DNA of 63,796 bases, filler included, from Reticulomyxa filosa (GCA_000512085.1; 19 parts of 19 records of this genome joined end to end with filler, not necessarily neighbours in it); one strand, 5' to 3'. Shown: positions 40,965 to 54,759, numbered from the whole stretch's first letter. Numbers and translations are program-made. Notes: generated by a model from the letters alone, not told the origin.

Positions 40965-42204
40965 AACAATTGGATAATGTTATTGAATTTTTCATGGACG
41001 GAATTATTGACAAAGGTGAATATATTCATGAAAGATGTGCAGAATCAATTGCAAAAATAGCATTGAAATTGAATAAGAGACAATTGAATAAAGTGTTTGA
41101 ATGTTTGATGAATGTCTTTGAGAGTGGAGAAATTACAATTTGTAATAAATGTGTACACGCACTTGCAACGATTTCATCACAATTGGGAGGAAAACAGTTG
41201 GATAATGCATTCCAATGTTTCCATTCATAGGTTTCCTTCATATTTCCATAGAACAAAAGATTGGAATGATGAACAGATACGACTCAATTTATATGAAATT
41301 GAAAGAAGGACAATTAGATAATGTCTTTCAATGTTTGATTAATGGATTATTTGATGAAAAGGAAGAGGAATATAATCGTAAAAACTGCGCACAATTACTT
41401 GGAAAACTCTCAATGAAATGGAATGAACAACAATTGAATGATGCCTTCAATTCTTTAAAATTCATGCTCAATGAAGGTTATTATTGGATATATAGAGAAA
41501 TTGTCTGGGAAACAATTCGTTAATGCTTTTAAGTATTTCATTAGTAGATTCAATTGTGGAGAATATATATATAATGATAAATACGCTAATCTACTTGAAG
41601 AAATTGCACAGAGATTGGATGAAAAACAAATGAACATTGAATTGAATTATTTTATGGATAAGTTAATGACAGACATGAACATCAAAATATTTGTATCAAG
41701 TGCATTCAAATACTTAAAATAATTTCAAATAAATGTAATGAGCAACAATTGAATGAAGCTTTTAACTTTTCAATGGACATATTCGCTGATAAAAATAATA
41801 ATGCAGAAGTGCGTGGAGGATGTGTAGAATTACTCGGGACAATTGCAGTGAATCTAAGTGGAAGGCATTTTGATGATACCTTTAAATGTTTGATAAATGG
41901 ATTAAAAGATAGTGATTCGAGTGTTCGGAAATTATGTGTAAAATCGCTTGTAACATTTTCAAAGAAATGGAATAAACAATTGGATATTACTACTCAATGT
42001 TTGATTGATGGATTTTAAAATAAAAATGGATATGATAATTATATATTTAGAGATTTACTTGAAGGAATTCCAATGAAATTGAGTGAGAGACAACTGGAAA
42101 ATGCAATTAATACTTTGATCAATGGATTGAAAGATAAAAATAAAGATGTCCGTAAATCACGTACAAAATCACTTGAAGCGGCTTCAAAGAAATTGGATGA
42201 GAAA
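40965..42204 (+). pseudogene. HEAT-repeat gene fragment with several frameshifts and stops
   Basis: Repeating QLDNxFxCLINGLxD....VRxxCxxxLGxI units across ORFs 40970, 41215, 41471 and 41749 in changing frames. Confidence 0.75.
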
Positions 42205-44450
42205 NNNNNNNNNNNNNNNNNNNNNNNNNNNNNNNNNNNNNNNNNNNNTTAATTAATTAANNNNNNNNNNNNNNNNNNNNNNNNNNNNNNNNNNNNNNNN
42301 NNNNGGATGGCTTTTTATTTGCCATGTATTGGAATTTGGGGTGGTTTACTTGATGATAACAATATTATCTGGCGTTCACAAGTTTGGGAACACGTAAGAA
42401 AGGGGAACTGAGCGCATATTCTATGTTTACGCAACTCTAAACAAATTCGGAAGCATTTGATGGTGAATTCATGATAATATATTGTGTCGTGGAGTATCAA
42501 CAGCAAATCTTAACAAGACAAAAAAAAGGAATAAGCCGACAATGCGGCACTAATCAAACAAAAACATCAATGGCATTGTTCTTGCAGTTCTGTCAAAAAG
42601 TATAAAAAATGCTGCACAAAAAAATGTTTACCAGTCTTCTCATAGCCCAACACTTCTCTTTCAACTAATTATTTCATTGTTTCCATAGGATTGGCAAAAA
42701 TAGAAAAAAGGAGAAGTGAACAAGACTAGATATTTTCATAGCGCAACTTGCTAACTTTTGTATTTATTCTCAAAGGACTGTTTGAGTCTCACTTGCATTT
42801 GAGAGGACAAATTCATAGGACTATTACTTTTTTGATTAAAGCAAAAGTAATTTAAATTTCATCTCATTCTGCTAAAAATCAGCAATATCAGCGTTTCTTA
42901 TCCTTCTTTTTCTTATCAACTTCCAGATGTGCGTATCATTCAAGAGCGATAACCACAAGCACTCTTTCTTGAGTATTAAATTGCTTTCATAATAAACTGT
43001 TGTTAGCTGTCCCACTGCACGAAACTCACTTTGACTGACTTCAAGTTCGTCTACACTGCGTGTAAAGAACAACAGTTAATGACAAAAACTTGATATATGT
43101 CATAATTCATTCAAACAGAAAAACTAAATGTTAATATCTATTTCCAGTGCAATTTTTGAATATTTCAATTCTATTGTTTTCTAGCTGCCTTTCTACATAT
43201 TTTTTGTTGAAAAATTGCTGTCACATTTTCCTAACAACTCAAAAAAAAAGTGTGATGCACGAAAAATGAAATGGGTACTTATAACATGTTCAATATTGCA
43301 GACTGTCCATTGTGATAAATTTTTTTTTTAAAAAAAAGATATGAATGATCTCACCTTGATACCAGCAACACGTCAGCGAGTTATTACTTAATAAACAAAA
43401 TTTAAAAATCTAATTATACCCCCTATGATCATAACATGCATCACACTTTTTATAATTATCATTTCTTATTGAAAATTTTTAAATCTTTTTTTTTGATTAT
43501 TTCATCAAAACATGTTGATAAATTTCATTTTTTATGGACAGAAATTGTAAATTCGAATAAATTTTCTTAATTCTGTTGTAAAAAGNNNNNNNNNNNNNNN
43601 NNNNNNNNNNNNNNNNNNNNNNNNNNNNNTTAATTAATTAANNNNNNNNNNNNNNNNNNNNNNNNNNNNNNNNNNNNNNNNNNNNAAGCGTAAGTTGTAT
43701 TTATTTTTTATTTTTTATTTTTTTTAGCTTTTTTTGTTTTCCCTCTGAAGATATTGTTGGAAGGGGGAAGAGGGGGGGAGGAGACGTGTGAGACCGCGCT
43801 CCAATATGTAAGTCTATTACAACATGACATTGTGAGAAATGTTTATGGAATTGTTGCTTTTGTCTGTGTGCTTATGTAAACTAGTGCGAGTGGCTACAGC
43901 ACTGCCGTCGTAAATAGAGTTTTCACTACAACATGGCTGACGGTATGTCGCTTTTTTTTTTTTTTGTTTGTATGAGATTGTTATTGTGTGTTCGTCTTTT
44001 TGGATCAAATGTCGCAATATCTTTTTTTTATATATCTTATGCTTGCTTTTTTTTTAAAAAAAAAAATAGTTCGCTCACGAATGGTTAATGATATGTACAT
44101 ATGTATACTTTTTTTCTAATGAACGTATATGTTAACGAAACAATAACAACACAATGTGTTTGTGATACATGCATGCGGCGGTCATTTTTGAATGTATACA
44201 AAATAATGCTTGAAGTGGTCATAACTTTGGTATGTACTGTTTTTTTGTTGTTTTTTTTTTTCTCTTTGTTCTCTCGCCATTCATTTGTAACACGTGTGGT
44301 GTATGTTGTATTTAGGAATGACGCACTCGTTTCAAAATGGGTATGTTTGTTTGTTTTTTTTCTCTCTCTCTCTCTTTCTCTCTCCATTGTGCCTCTCCAT
44401 GAATCGCAAAAAAAAAAAAGCACACTGCGAATAAAATGAACACACAACAG

Positions 44451-44767
44451 GCAAGGCAAAACAGGCGGGATAATGGACTATGGGAACGGCTTGTACAAAG
44501 GTGAATATCAATTTGAACCAGGCAAAAAACCAGAGGTTTGTTTGTTTATTTTTTTTGTAAAGCTTATTTTAAGAGAGAGAGAGTGTGACTCTTTGAGACA
44601 AAGACTAAATCGAGTATTGCGATGCAATCAGGTGTGTCAAGAGCTAACAAACGCGTTATCAACTCACACCGGATTCCTCCCTGTCAGCAGATGTTTGCCC
44701 CAATTCAATGAAGGTACAGTGCCACCTCCAACTCCACAGCCAACCAAAAGACCTACCTTAAGACCAG
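44451..44767 (+). CDS. Exon fragments of a protein with a Pro/Thr-rich stalk
   Basis: GGIMDYGNGLYKGEYQFEPGKKPE, intron, then VCQELTN...PPPTPQPTKRPTLRP. Confidence 0.35.
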
Positions 44768-45299
44768 TTTATATATATACATATATATATATGTATATAT
44801 GTATACATTTATATATGATGTTTTTTTTTTCTTTTTAATAAAACAAACAAACAACATAAATNNNNNNNNNNNNNNNNNNNNNNNNNNNNNNNNNNNNNNN
44901 NNNNNTTAATTAATTAANNNNNNNNNNNNNNNNNNNNNNNNNNNNNNNNNNNNNNNNNNNNAATAATCAAAAATGATAAAATGAAACAATTATTATAAAA
45001 TAAAACATTATCATAGATACTAGTTTGTTGAAGATGCTTTTCATGAAATGTAAAACATAATACAAAACTTATTGATCAATAAATGTTATGTTTGCATATT
45101 CATTTTTGTATTGAAAGTTGTAATCTAACTTTCATTCATGAAAAATATAATAAAATATTTTTGAAAAATAATTTGAACAAATTAGTTAAAAACTCAAAAA
45201 AGCAAAGAAAATGAGCATATCAATTTTTGACTAACTTATTCAATAAAGAAAAAGAATGTCAATGCAAGACTAGTTGATTCAAAAGTTTCACTTTTTCAG

Positions 45300-45982
45300 A
45301 AGAACGAGAAAAAAGACAAATAAAAAAAAGAATGCAACGATATTATGCCACTCCACAAAATAAAATTAGAAGCATATACAATTGTTATTATTTAATGGAA
45401 AGCATTGGACCTACGGCGAAAGAGACAAAGAATAGATACAAGAAAAAGCTACTATAATCAAAACAAGATTATAGTATCTTCATCAATGGTCCAAGAGAGT
45501 TCATCCGAGAACGAATCTATGACGCAAGTGAATAAAATAATGAAGGATGCATTGAAAGAAACGAACGAATTGTTGGACAAAGACAAAGTGAAGAAAAAGG
45601 AAGAATAGTTACAAAGATAACAGCGTTGTAGGAAAACTTATGACTTTTGCACACAAAAGGTTTGTGCTTGATTTTTTTCCTGAATTAAAAAAAAATACCA
45701 TTTAATTTGGAGATCTCTTCTTCTAATTTTTTAATTTTTTACTTTGTTTTTTATTTTCACGTGTTAGTGTTTTCATTGTGACTACAACAGAAGGCGATAA
45801 CAAATTTTGATTTCTACTTTCAAAATTTTCTAAACGATGAGCAATATGACTTCAATATTTGAGCTAATCTTCATTTATATCGAATGGATGGTGTTGATAA
45901 TTAGGTGCCACTTGATGATGCTGTTCATTAAGTGCCACTTGAAGATGTTGGTCATCAGGTGCCACTTGCTTCAAAAAAATAG
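45300..45982 (+). pseudogene. Two-exon pseudogene with many nonsense codons and a 27-bp coding tandem repeat
   Basis: One frame without frameshifts, interrupted by TAA/TAG/TGA. Repeat at 45902-45970 reads *VPLDDAVH *VPLEDVGH QVPLA. Confidence 0.45.
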
Positions 45983-46835
45983 TTCTAATTGATTCGTGAT
46001 TTAAATATATTTACATTTCCATTTTAAATATGGTAATTAATAATACGTTTGCTGGACTGTATTGTATCATTACGTCATTTGTTTTTGAAGAAAACCCAAA
46101 CATTTTGTTTTCCGGTAAAAGGTATGTTACGCGAACGGAACTTACTATAGATAAATCCAGTTTGCTTTTTGCTAATAACGCCAGGATTTTCACCAAAATT
46201 AACTAAAAGCTGAGAAAATTCAGAAATTGCGGAAAAGCCTTTTTCACATTGACCAAATGCTGCCATGTTACAAGAATACAAAGACAATATATTTCTTTCA
46301 TACAATGTTGGTTTGGGAATAAGATCTTTGACAATAGCGATGGTTTTAATATAACAGAATTTTTTGTTTTTAACACAAAAACAAATTTTCTCTAGCAGCT
46401 ACAGAACGCTGGTATTGAGTATATAAATGATCATTTTGGAACAGGGGACCGGGATTGTATCGCGAAAATTCTGCGGAGATGGCGATATAATTGGACTAAC
46501 CGAAAAATTAATAATACTATCAGGAATCTGTCGAATAAACATATGGTTTTTTTTTATTTTTTCAAGTAACATTGCTTTGATTTCTTGCGTGTCTTTTTGT
46601 AGAATACATTCTGGTTTCATCAAAATAAATAAACAAATCATTATCAATTGCGAACATCGCATACACGCAATTTAGCCTTCATGTGAGTTGATAGTGTTAT
46701 CTTNNNNNNNNNNNNNNNNNNNNNNNNNNNNNNNNNNNNNNNNNNNNTTAATTAATTAANNNNNNNNNNNNNNNNNNNNNNNNNNNNNNNNNNNNNNNNN
46801 NNNAAAAAAAAAAAAAAAAAAAAAAAAGCAAAAAC

Positions 46836-48169
46836 TTAACGTCCACAAAACAAGTCCAGTGTCGCAATGTTACTGTAGGGACTAAAGTGTGTTTGGTGAT
46901 TGTAACATGCACGTAATCGAATAAGATACGAGGCACGCTCTTTGAGTAAATGGTGCCGCACGATCATGTGGTCAGTAGCACAAGGCATAGCGCCCACATT
47001 GATCCACTTGCTGTCTGACGACCGGTCTTCCTCAGCATTCGACTTTTCGTCGTTGGAAACCACTTGCATTTCAATTTCGTACACAACACAGTGAGATTTT
47101 ATCACGTCGTTGGTCGAATGACAAAACCTAATTTCCACCCCAATCCCGACATTGTCATCGCTATGAGCACCACAAACTTTGGTCACTTGCAAAGTATCTT
47201 CGCCGACCAATTGAATACATTCCTTCAACATCTATCTTTTTTTTTTTTTTTTTTTTTGGATGATGGATAATAATAAAATATACAACAATTACAACTTTTT
47301 TTTTTTCCTCCTCCCGTCCTTCCCCCCCCCCCTTTTTTTTTTTGTTGAATGTAAAAAGTTTGTAAAGTATACAACAACATACGTATACACACATGTGACA
47401 AAGGCGAGATATCTGTGTTCACGACAAACACATTCGTTTTACAGTCGACAAATTCAATTGGGTTTTTTTTTTCAATGAGCGAGTTTTGCAAGAGACTTGT
47501 AATTGCTCGAGATTTTTCATTGATGTCTTCTTTTTCATTGCACATGTGTTGCTGGATTTCGTCGACCAAATGCTTGATCGCTTCATGTTCAGTTTGTAGC
47601 TTATCCAGATTTGAAGACCATTTTTTCTTCATTTCTTTTTTCGAATTGTCAATTTGTACCAACAATTGCTCTTCTTGTTCTCTGCATTTCTTGTTCCATT
47701 CTTCGAACAATTGCTTCACTTCTTTTTTACATGCAGTCGCATTCTTCTCCAAGTTCAATATCCCTGTTTGGTATGAATGGATCTGCTCCGATACTCCTTT
47801 TAGTTGTTCGTACAACTTCTCCATTTTTTCACGGTCTCCTGATGTTATTATCACTGCTGGCAAAGGCTTCGCTTCGCTTCTACTTATTGCCTCCTTGTAT
47901 ACATATGAAGTTGGCACTTTCCTCAAGCATCGCAATAAATCTGCTCTCGATAATGCTGATATATTGCAGTCTTGACAAATATCTTTTATATCATCTGCCC
48001 CATACTCTAACAATCCCTCTAGTGTCACACCATGATTTCTAAGCTTTGACGATATTTCCACAACGTCCTTCACTCCATTTGATTTCAAAAATTGAGAAAG
48101 CTGATCATCACTTTGATCTGTCCCTTCTGTTTCACCTTCTCGTGACGAATGCTCGAACATATCATTCAA
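46836..48169 (-). CDS. SAM domain + coiled coil + fibronectin type III protein, 2 or more exons
   Basis: SAM-like LSQFLKSNGV...LRNHGVTLEGLLEYGADDIKDICQDCNISALSRADLLRCL; heptad region; FN3-like VYEIEMQ..KW..LKERASYLIRLRA..FSPYSN after an intron at about 47392-47234. Confidence 0.7.
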
Positions 48170-48361
48170 AAACCCACCCCTATACCTAACTCTTTTTTTA
48201 TTTTCATTTCGCTTGAAAGTTGTGCGTTGTTAAATACTACAAGCACTTTTTAGTCAAAGCAAAGAAGATAGCGTATTGACACTTATTAAACAATTTAATA
48301 CTCGAAGTAAAGACTAGCCAATAGAACTGGAAGGGTACGAAGAGTTTTTTAGAATATTGTA

Positions 48362-48563
48362 ATGGATGCATGTTATCTTTTCTCAGGGATTTTGGTGGCA
48401 TTGATTTTCTATGCTCGTTCGCAGTCGTCAACATCTGCTCAAAAAACAGAGATTAATGGGCATGATAGTGAAGATAATGCAGTCAAGATAAAAGATTTCA
48501 AAACGTTTCAAAGAAATTATTTGATTGTATTTATCTTGACGTTCATGGCAGATTGGATGCAAG
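48362..48563 (+). CDS. MFSD5: Molybdate-anion transporter (MFSD5/MOT2 family), first exon
   Basis: N-terminal TM, then FKTFQRNYLIVFILTFMADWMQG|GT, matching the family motif FxxFxxxYLxVxxLxxxxDWLQGPY. Confidence 0.75.
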
Positions 48564-48924
48564 GTAGGAATATTTAGAGTTTATAAAAACTATGTAATTG
48601 TCGCATGTTGTTATGACTGTGATTCCAAGAAAGGGATTGAGAACAAGCAAAAAAAAAAAAAAANNNNNNNNNNNNNNNNNNNNNNNNNNNNNNNNNNNNN
48701 NNNNNNNTTAATTAATTAANNNNNNNNNNNNNNNNNNNNNNNNNNNNNNNNNNNNNNNNNNNNACGTAATACAATGGTTATTCATAATATTTGTACTCAT
48801 TCCAATACAGAATTATTAAATTAACAAAAGTTTCTAAATGTTAAACAAATAACTTTCAAAGAATTATCAAACAACTGTTGTCACTTTGTGTACTGTTAAA
48901 CCAAAGGACTTTATTTATCTCATG

Positions 48925-49175
48925 AAGATTTCGCGTTCTGGGTCTATTGATTAGACTACTCGTTTATAGGATGTTGAAACATTCAAATCATTTCATGTTT
49001 TCAATGGAAATAAAAGTGCTAGTTGGTGTATTGATAACAACAATAATAAAACATTGCTGTGGGTTGGATCAAGTAATAAAACAATTCGTTTGTGAGATAT
49101 TCGATCATGTCAACAAATTCAAGAATTCAATGGACACACTGATTATGTGAAGTTGTTGAATATTCACTATTTGTA
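48925..49175 (+). pseudogene. WD40 relic
   Basis: TTRL*DVETFKSFHVFNG ... TIRL*DIRSCQQIQEFNGHTDYV, with Trp codons turned to TAG/TGA and deletions. Confidence 0.75.
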
Positions 49176-50287
49176 AAAATGAATTGTATTTGTCTATTTT
49201 CATCAGTTTGAATATTTTTGAAAACTACATCAGAATTTTCGGATCAACTATTAATCATTGAAATTTAGACAAAATATTAGTATTATAAAAACGTTCACAA
49301 AAGGGGGAATGGAAGAACAAATCATTCAAAATCTTGAAATAATTGCATTAATTTTTCAACTGTCAATTGTTTCGATTATCTTTTGGCAACTTCGACAAAT
49401 AATTGCAAATTCTATCCCACATAACCAAAGATGGAAAAGTTTGAATCAAAATTCAAAAAAAAAGACTAATTATACAATTACTGACATCAAAGAGTCAAAG
49501 CGCGATCAGCAAACAATTAGATTCACATTGTACAATTCTTTGAAAATATCACGTAACAACTTGCGCCAATTTGGAGTATAGTTTTCTTGTTTGCAATACT
49601 CGAAAACTTGCAAGACTTGTCCCGATTGAATAATGTGTCATTTTTTATTTATTATAATTTTTAAAAAACTTATGAAATAAATAAATTTAAGACAAATTTA
49701 TTCAAACAAACTTTTTTTCGAGTTGAAATAAAGCTTACCAATTATGGTAGTGATCCCTTTTACATTCTACTAAAAAAAAGATCTAGATAAAATATTAAAA
49801 TGGTTTTTACAAATCAGATTTTATTTACATCACTGGTAAATAATTACTACATTAATATTAAATGAAAAATAAACTAACATAGTTAACAACGAGTTTTCAA
49901 AATCTTTGACACATCTAAATTTGATATGTAATGTTTGAGTTCAATGATGAATAATTAATCAATAAAAATTTTTTCTACAAAATATCAATTAAATCAATTC
50001 ATTATGGAAATAATTTTATTTAATTGTGGAGATTTCCGATAAAGAAAATCCATTTTTTCTTTAGTGATTAACAAATTTCAATTTCATTTGAAAAAAAAAA
50101 AATTGATATATTTTCTTTGTTCTCATAACAAATCTCAAAGTCCCAAAAATCCTTGTTTTAAAAAGAGAAAATCATTTACTCCGATTTTTATGAACAAAAA
50201 AAAAAATTGTAGTGATTGTTTTTTAAAGGGTCATTCACATCTCTCTTTTTTTTAAAAAAACCTAAAAACTTCAGCAATATTAACAAC

Positions 50288-50973
50288 ATGAGTAATCAAA
50301 TCTTTCAAGCTCTGAAGAAGTTGCCCCTTCCGCTTGAACATGCTCAATGTGTGCTACACAAATACGAATTAATCATTTGTGGAGATAGAGAATGTTATTC
50401 TTATCATACACTCAAAAACGAATACAAGTTTATCTGTGAGTATCCAGAGCGTGTTTCATTACAAAAACACTGTGTAGTGAAACTGGCAGATAACAACAGA
50501 AACGACAACAATCAAATCACTTTGTTGTCTTTTGGGGGATATGGATACCCTAAACATACATTGGTGATGAAATATGTAAGTGTTTGGAGTAATATATCAG
50601 ATAAATCAAATGAATCGAACAATTACAACCAATGGATTTGTTTTAAAGACGATTACGATCATTCAATTATCATTGGAAGATATAAAGATTATAGGATAGC
50701 ACGTGCAGTGATTGGTGGAAGCAACAATCATTTGTTATTTATCACTTATCCTTCTGATAATATTAGTGTGTTTGATTTAAATATATTTCAATTTATTAAA
50801 CATAGTAAGCTACCAACTAATTCTTATATTGGCCATCATTGCCTTGTATCAAATTCAAAAAATGGACAAAGACAAGAAATGATAAAAACAAATCAACAAA
50901 ATTATCAAATACTGTTGTTTCATGAAGATACAGGATTATCAATTGAATATGATGAAGATAAAAATACTTTTCA
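50288..50973 (+). CDS. Kelch-like beta-propeller protein, 3'-truncated
   Basis: MSNQIFQALKKLPLPLEHAQCVLHKYELIICG..CYSYH; LLSFGG; AVIGG. Paralog of 52320-53542. Confidence 0.8.
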
Positions 50974-51073
50974 NNNNNNNNNNNNNNNNNNNNNNNNNNN
51001 NNNNNNNNNNNNNNNNNTTAATTAATTAANNNNNNNNNNNNNNNNNNNNNNNNNNNNNNNNNNNNNNNNNNNN

Positions 51074-51520
51074 CATTCCATTTCGTTGAAATTTCTTCAA
51101 GTGCTTTCTTATATGAACCAAAGTAATCCCATTCCTGCTCCTTTAGCAAAGCATTTAAAACTCCTTCCAGTCGTTTATCATTCAAATTCGTTGAAATTAC
51201 TCCAAGTGATATTGCACATGATCTACGAACATCTTCATGTTTATCTTTCAATCCATCGATCAAAGTATGAATTGCATTTTCCAGTTGAGACTATGATAAT
51301 TTATTTGGACTTTTTACTTGAGTCTGAGCTTGAGCTTGGACTTGGGATTATTCTTCTACCAATTTTATGGCTTGTTTTATCCCGTCACCTGTATTTGCCC
51401 TGCATCTGATATCTGGTTCTGGCACTGATTCGTGTGGCACAGCTTCAGACGTTACATTGTCATCAGCATCGACATTTTGTGCAGTCAAGGATACTTGAAT
51501 GGAGGCTTCGACAAGTGATA
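51074..51520 (-). pseudogene. HEAT-repeat fragment fused in frame to an unrelated low-complexity leader
   Basis: ...KLVEE*SQVQAQAQTQVKSPNKLS*SQLENAIHTLIDGLKDKHEDVRRSCAISLG. The HEAT unit closely matches 42080-42180. Confidence 0.6.
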
Positions 51521-52319
51521 AAATTACTTTTTTGACATAATTTTGGGTAAACTGGAATTTAAAGCAATGTTTATATAAACACTAAATGGCACAAAAAAAA
51601 TTTTTCCAAAAAATTTTTTTGCAAGTCTTTTTTTTAGAATGAAAACAAACCATAAAGTTGAAAGACAACGAACAGAAGTGGCATTTTGGAAATGCAGAAT
51701 ACAGTCTGTGATTCCTTGCTTACATAATATTATTTTAGAATAATCCACCAGAAGTAGCAATATATACTTAGATTTAAATAAATTACTTTGTTCACACATA
51801 ATGATTTTGTTTGCAGAAGTTGTTTGCACACATATTTGAAAAAGACAACACTATTATTGGAAATATTCAAAAGTAAAACAGCATAAATTATTTATAATTT
51901 GTATGATTTAAATATGATTTTACAATCGAATGAAGGGACAAAGTTAGACAATATGGAAATGTTTACTTATTTTTCTTCTTTATCAAAGGATTACTATAAT
52001 AATATCAAAATATCAAGTGTCTTCATTTGAATCAGATCAAATTCTGAAGATAAGACGTTTACATTAATAATTACATTTTTTTTATACAAAATCTTGTTCA
52101 ACAGTGGCCCGTGCAAAAATGATATGAAAAGGGGTATGATAATTTTTCTTTTTTATTGAAACTAACCAACTTTCGTTAGTGTAATCATTAGTTTTGTTAT
52201 AAGAATTTATTTTGATTTTTTGCGAAGATTATCAAGACACTTCAAAAAGATGATTTTTTCATGTCATTCCCTCTTTTGAAAAAATCTAAAATACTTCATA
52301 GTTTATCGGCATTAGCAAC

Positions 52320-53542
52320 ATGAGCAACCAAATCTTTCAAACTTTAAAGGATCTTCCCATTTCACTTGATCAATCTCAATGTGTGCTATACAAACACGAA
52401 CTTCTCATTTGTGGAGGTTATGCACAAAGATCTTGCATTTTTATCATATACTCAAAAATGAATACAAGTTTATCTGTGAATATCCAAGTGACGTTGAATT
52501 ACGAGGATACTGTGTAGTGAAACTGGCAGATAACAACAATAACATCAACAAAGACAGCAGTCAAATCACTTTGCTGTCCTTTGGTGGGTCTAAATATACA
52601 AAAAGACATACATTGGTGATGAAATATGTAAGTGTTTGGAGTAATATATCAAACAAATTAAATGAATTCGACAAGTACAATCAATGGACTCCTTTAACAG
52701 ACAATAACAATCACTCAATTATCATTGGAAGATATAATGATGATTATATTGGAGTGCGTGCATTGATTGGTGGAAGCAACAATCATTTGTTGTTTATTAC
52801 TTATCGATCAAATACTATTAGTGTGTTTGATTTAAATACATTTCAATTTATTAAACATCATACTTTATCAACTAAAAATGAAATATGTTATCATTGCTTA
52901 GTATCAGAAAATGGACAAGTACAAGAAATGATGAAAACAAATGGAGAAAAAAATAAACAAAATTATCGAGTGCTGTTGTTTTGTAAAAATGAAGGATTAT
53001 CAATTGAATATGATGAAGATAACAACGCTTTTCAATTCCACGAACTACCTGTTTGTGATAGTACTGCACCATTCTATAAATATGCTTATGTGTGTATCAA
53101 TGATATTGTACTGTTCTTTGGTGGATGGAATAATAGTAATGCTGTTGTTTCAAAATCAGTGCACATGTATTCAATTCGAGAAAACAAATGGATGACATTT
53201 CAAAATACTTTAATCAGTCCATTGAGAGATTGTGTTGCAGTATTGATTGAAGGGGAAAATCATATACAAATAATTGGAGGATCAAATGATAAAAGGACAT
53301 TAGTATCAACTCACATGAAGACTAAAGTGCGTGTATGGGATCCTTCACAATTAGTAATGATTTGTCTATTTATTTATTTTGATGAAAACACAATTAAATT
53401 TGGCTGTGCAAAATGATTGACAAATAATAAACAGTCAAAAAATGAAATAAAATTGATTATTCAATATTGGACCCGAACTTTAAAGATAAAATTAGGATGG
53501 ATAGATGATTTTGATAAGATTATTTTTAAATACAACAGATGA
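52320..53542 (+). CDS. Kelch-like beta-propeller protein with a C-terminal LGWI-module exon, 2 exons
   Basis: GG-containing Kelch blades (ICGG, SFGG, LIGG, FFGGW..SVHMYSIRENKW, IIGG). Frameshift in the T-run at about 52438-52442. Intron 53354-53434. Last exon SKNEIKLIIQYWTRTLKIKLGWIDDFDKIIFKYNR*. Confidence 0.82.
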
Positions 53543-54199
53543 AATAAATTTTGAAGAAGCACAATTAAATATTTATTAAATATGATTTTGTTTTTGATTT
53601 TATTTCATAATCATGAAATCTACCAAATTATAAAAAAAAATAATCAAAGCAAATAACAGATAATAAATTATCAATCTTGAAGTTTGTGTTTGTCATTTTT
53701 TCAACTTGTTTGCATTTGCAAAAGGGAGTTAGAAAAGTCTCATACTGTACTATTTCTTATCTTCACTTTTTACATAATAATGCTTGCCATAATTTTTAAT
53801 TTTATTAATTTTTTTTTCTTTTGTTTCACTTTTTTTTTTAGTAAGCAATTTAATTGTTATTTAATACAACAGCTAAATATTCAAATTTAACATTAACACC
53901 TTTTTTTATTTCTTTTTTACCAGATCATTTTTGTTTTCATATTTGCTGACATAGCATAATATGTACTTCGCCATAACTCGTTGCGTTTGAGGCTATTTTC
54001 TTTTTCACTTCGAATTATCCTTCCACATTTTTATTACGTTACGTTTTGTTATTATTATTATTGCTTAGGCCCATCCATTTCCAATCCTTTTGATGCCTTG
54101 CGCTCTGAGTTGTGACGCTATCGCTTTCCCAAAAAAAATGACTGCATTATTTCTGCGTTTTCGCACAAAAAAAAAAAATTATATACTTTTTCAAAAAAA

Positions 54200-54759
54200 A
54201 TTTTAAAAATTCTTCCTTTTTTTTTTCTTCCATCTTCGAAACTTGTGCGGCAACGCAGTTTGTTTTGCTGTACCTTTGGTAGGATGATATATACATGCTG
54301 CATCGCAGCACTGGGCCAGACAGCGAGTTGTGTCATCCATGCCTCGATTTTGCTCACACTGTTGCTTTGTACGTTCGTGATGGAGATTAGCTTTACTCGC
54401 AAGCGCTGCATCACCGCTTGGAAAGAGCTGCATATCCTTGTCGAGTGTTTGTAAAAAATGCATCCGAGTATTTTGTTTGGTGCGATCGTTAAAAGCAATT
54501 CGTTCTCGTGTAACACTCACCCCTTCATCTCGCTTGCGCATTCCAAGACCAGTTCTATATTTTCCACTGACAACAGTGCTCAGTTTTTCCATTCCTATAC
54601 TATCTTCATTTTTAAGGCATTTATTCCCTCACCTCTTTTTGCGTCTTTATTCTCGTTGTGCTTGTCGTACAACGAGGTTGCAGAAGCTCCGACCACAAAT
54701 CCACTGAATGATAAGAACGGCAATAGATAACAAGAGGATGTTATCTCAGATGATGCCAT
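54200..54759 (-). CDS. Hypothetical multi-exon protein
   Basis: ATG at 54759 (MASSEITSSCYLLPF...), a short GTGAG..TAG intron, then ORF 54203-54592. No domain recognised. Confidence 0.3.

Noticed and set aside
42305-43585. Short ORFs in this segment, and in 10900-12331 and 57320-58800
   Set aside because: AT-rich low-complexity DNA without motifs or consistent splice structure.
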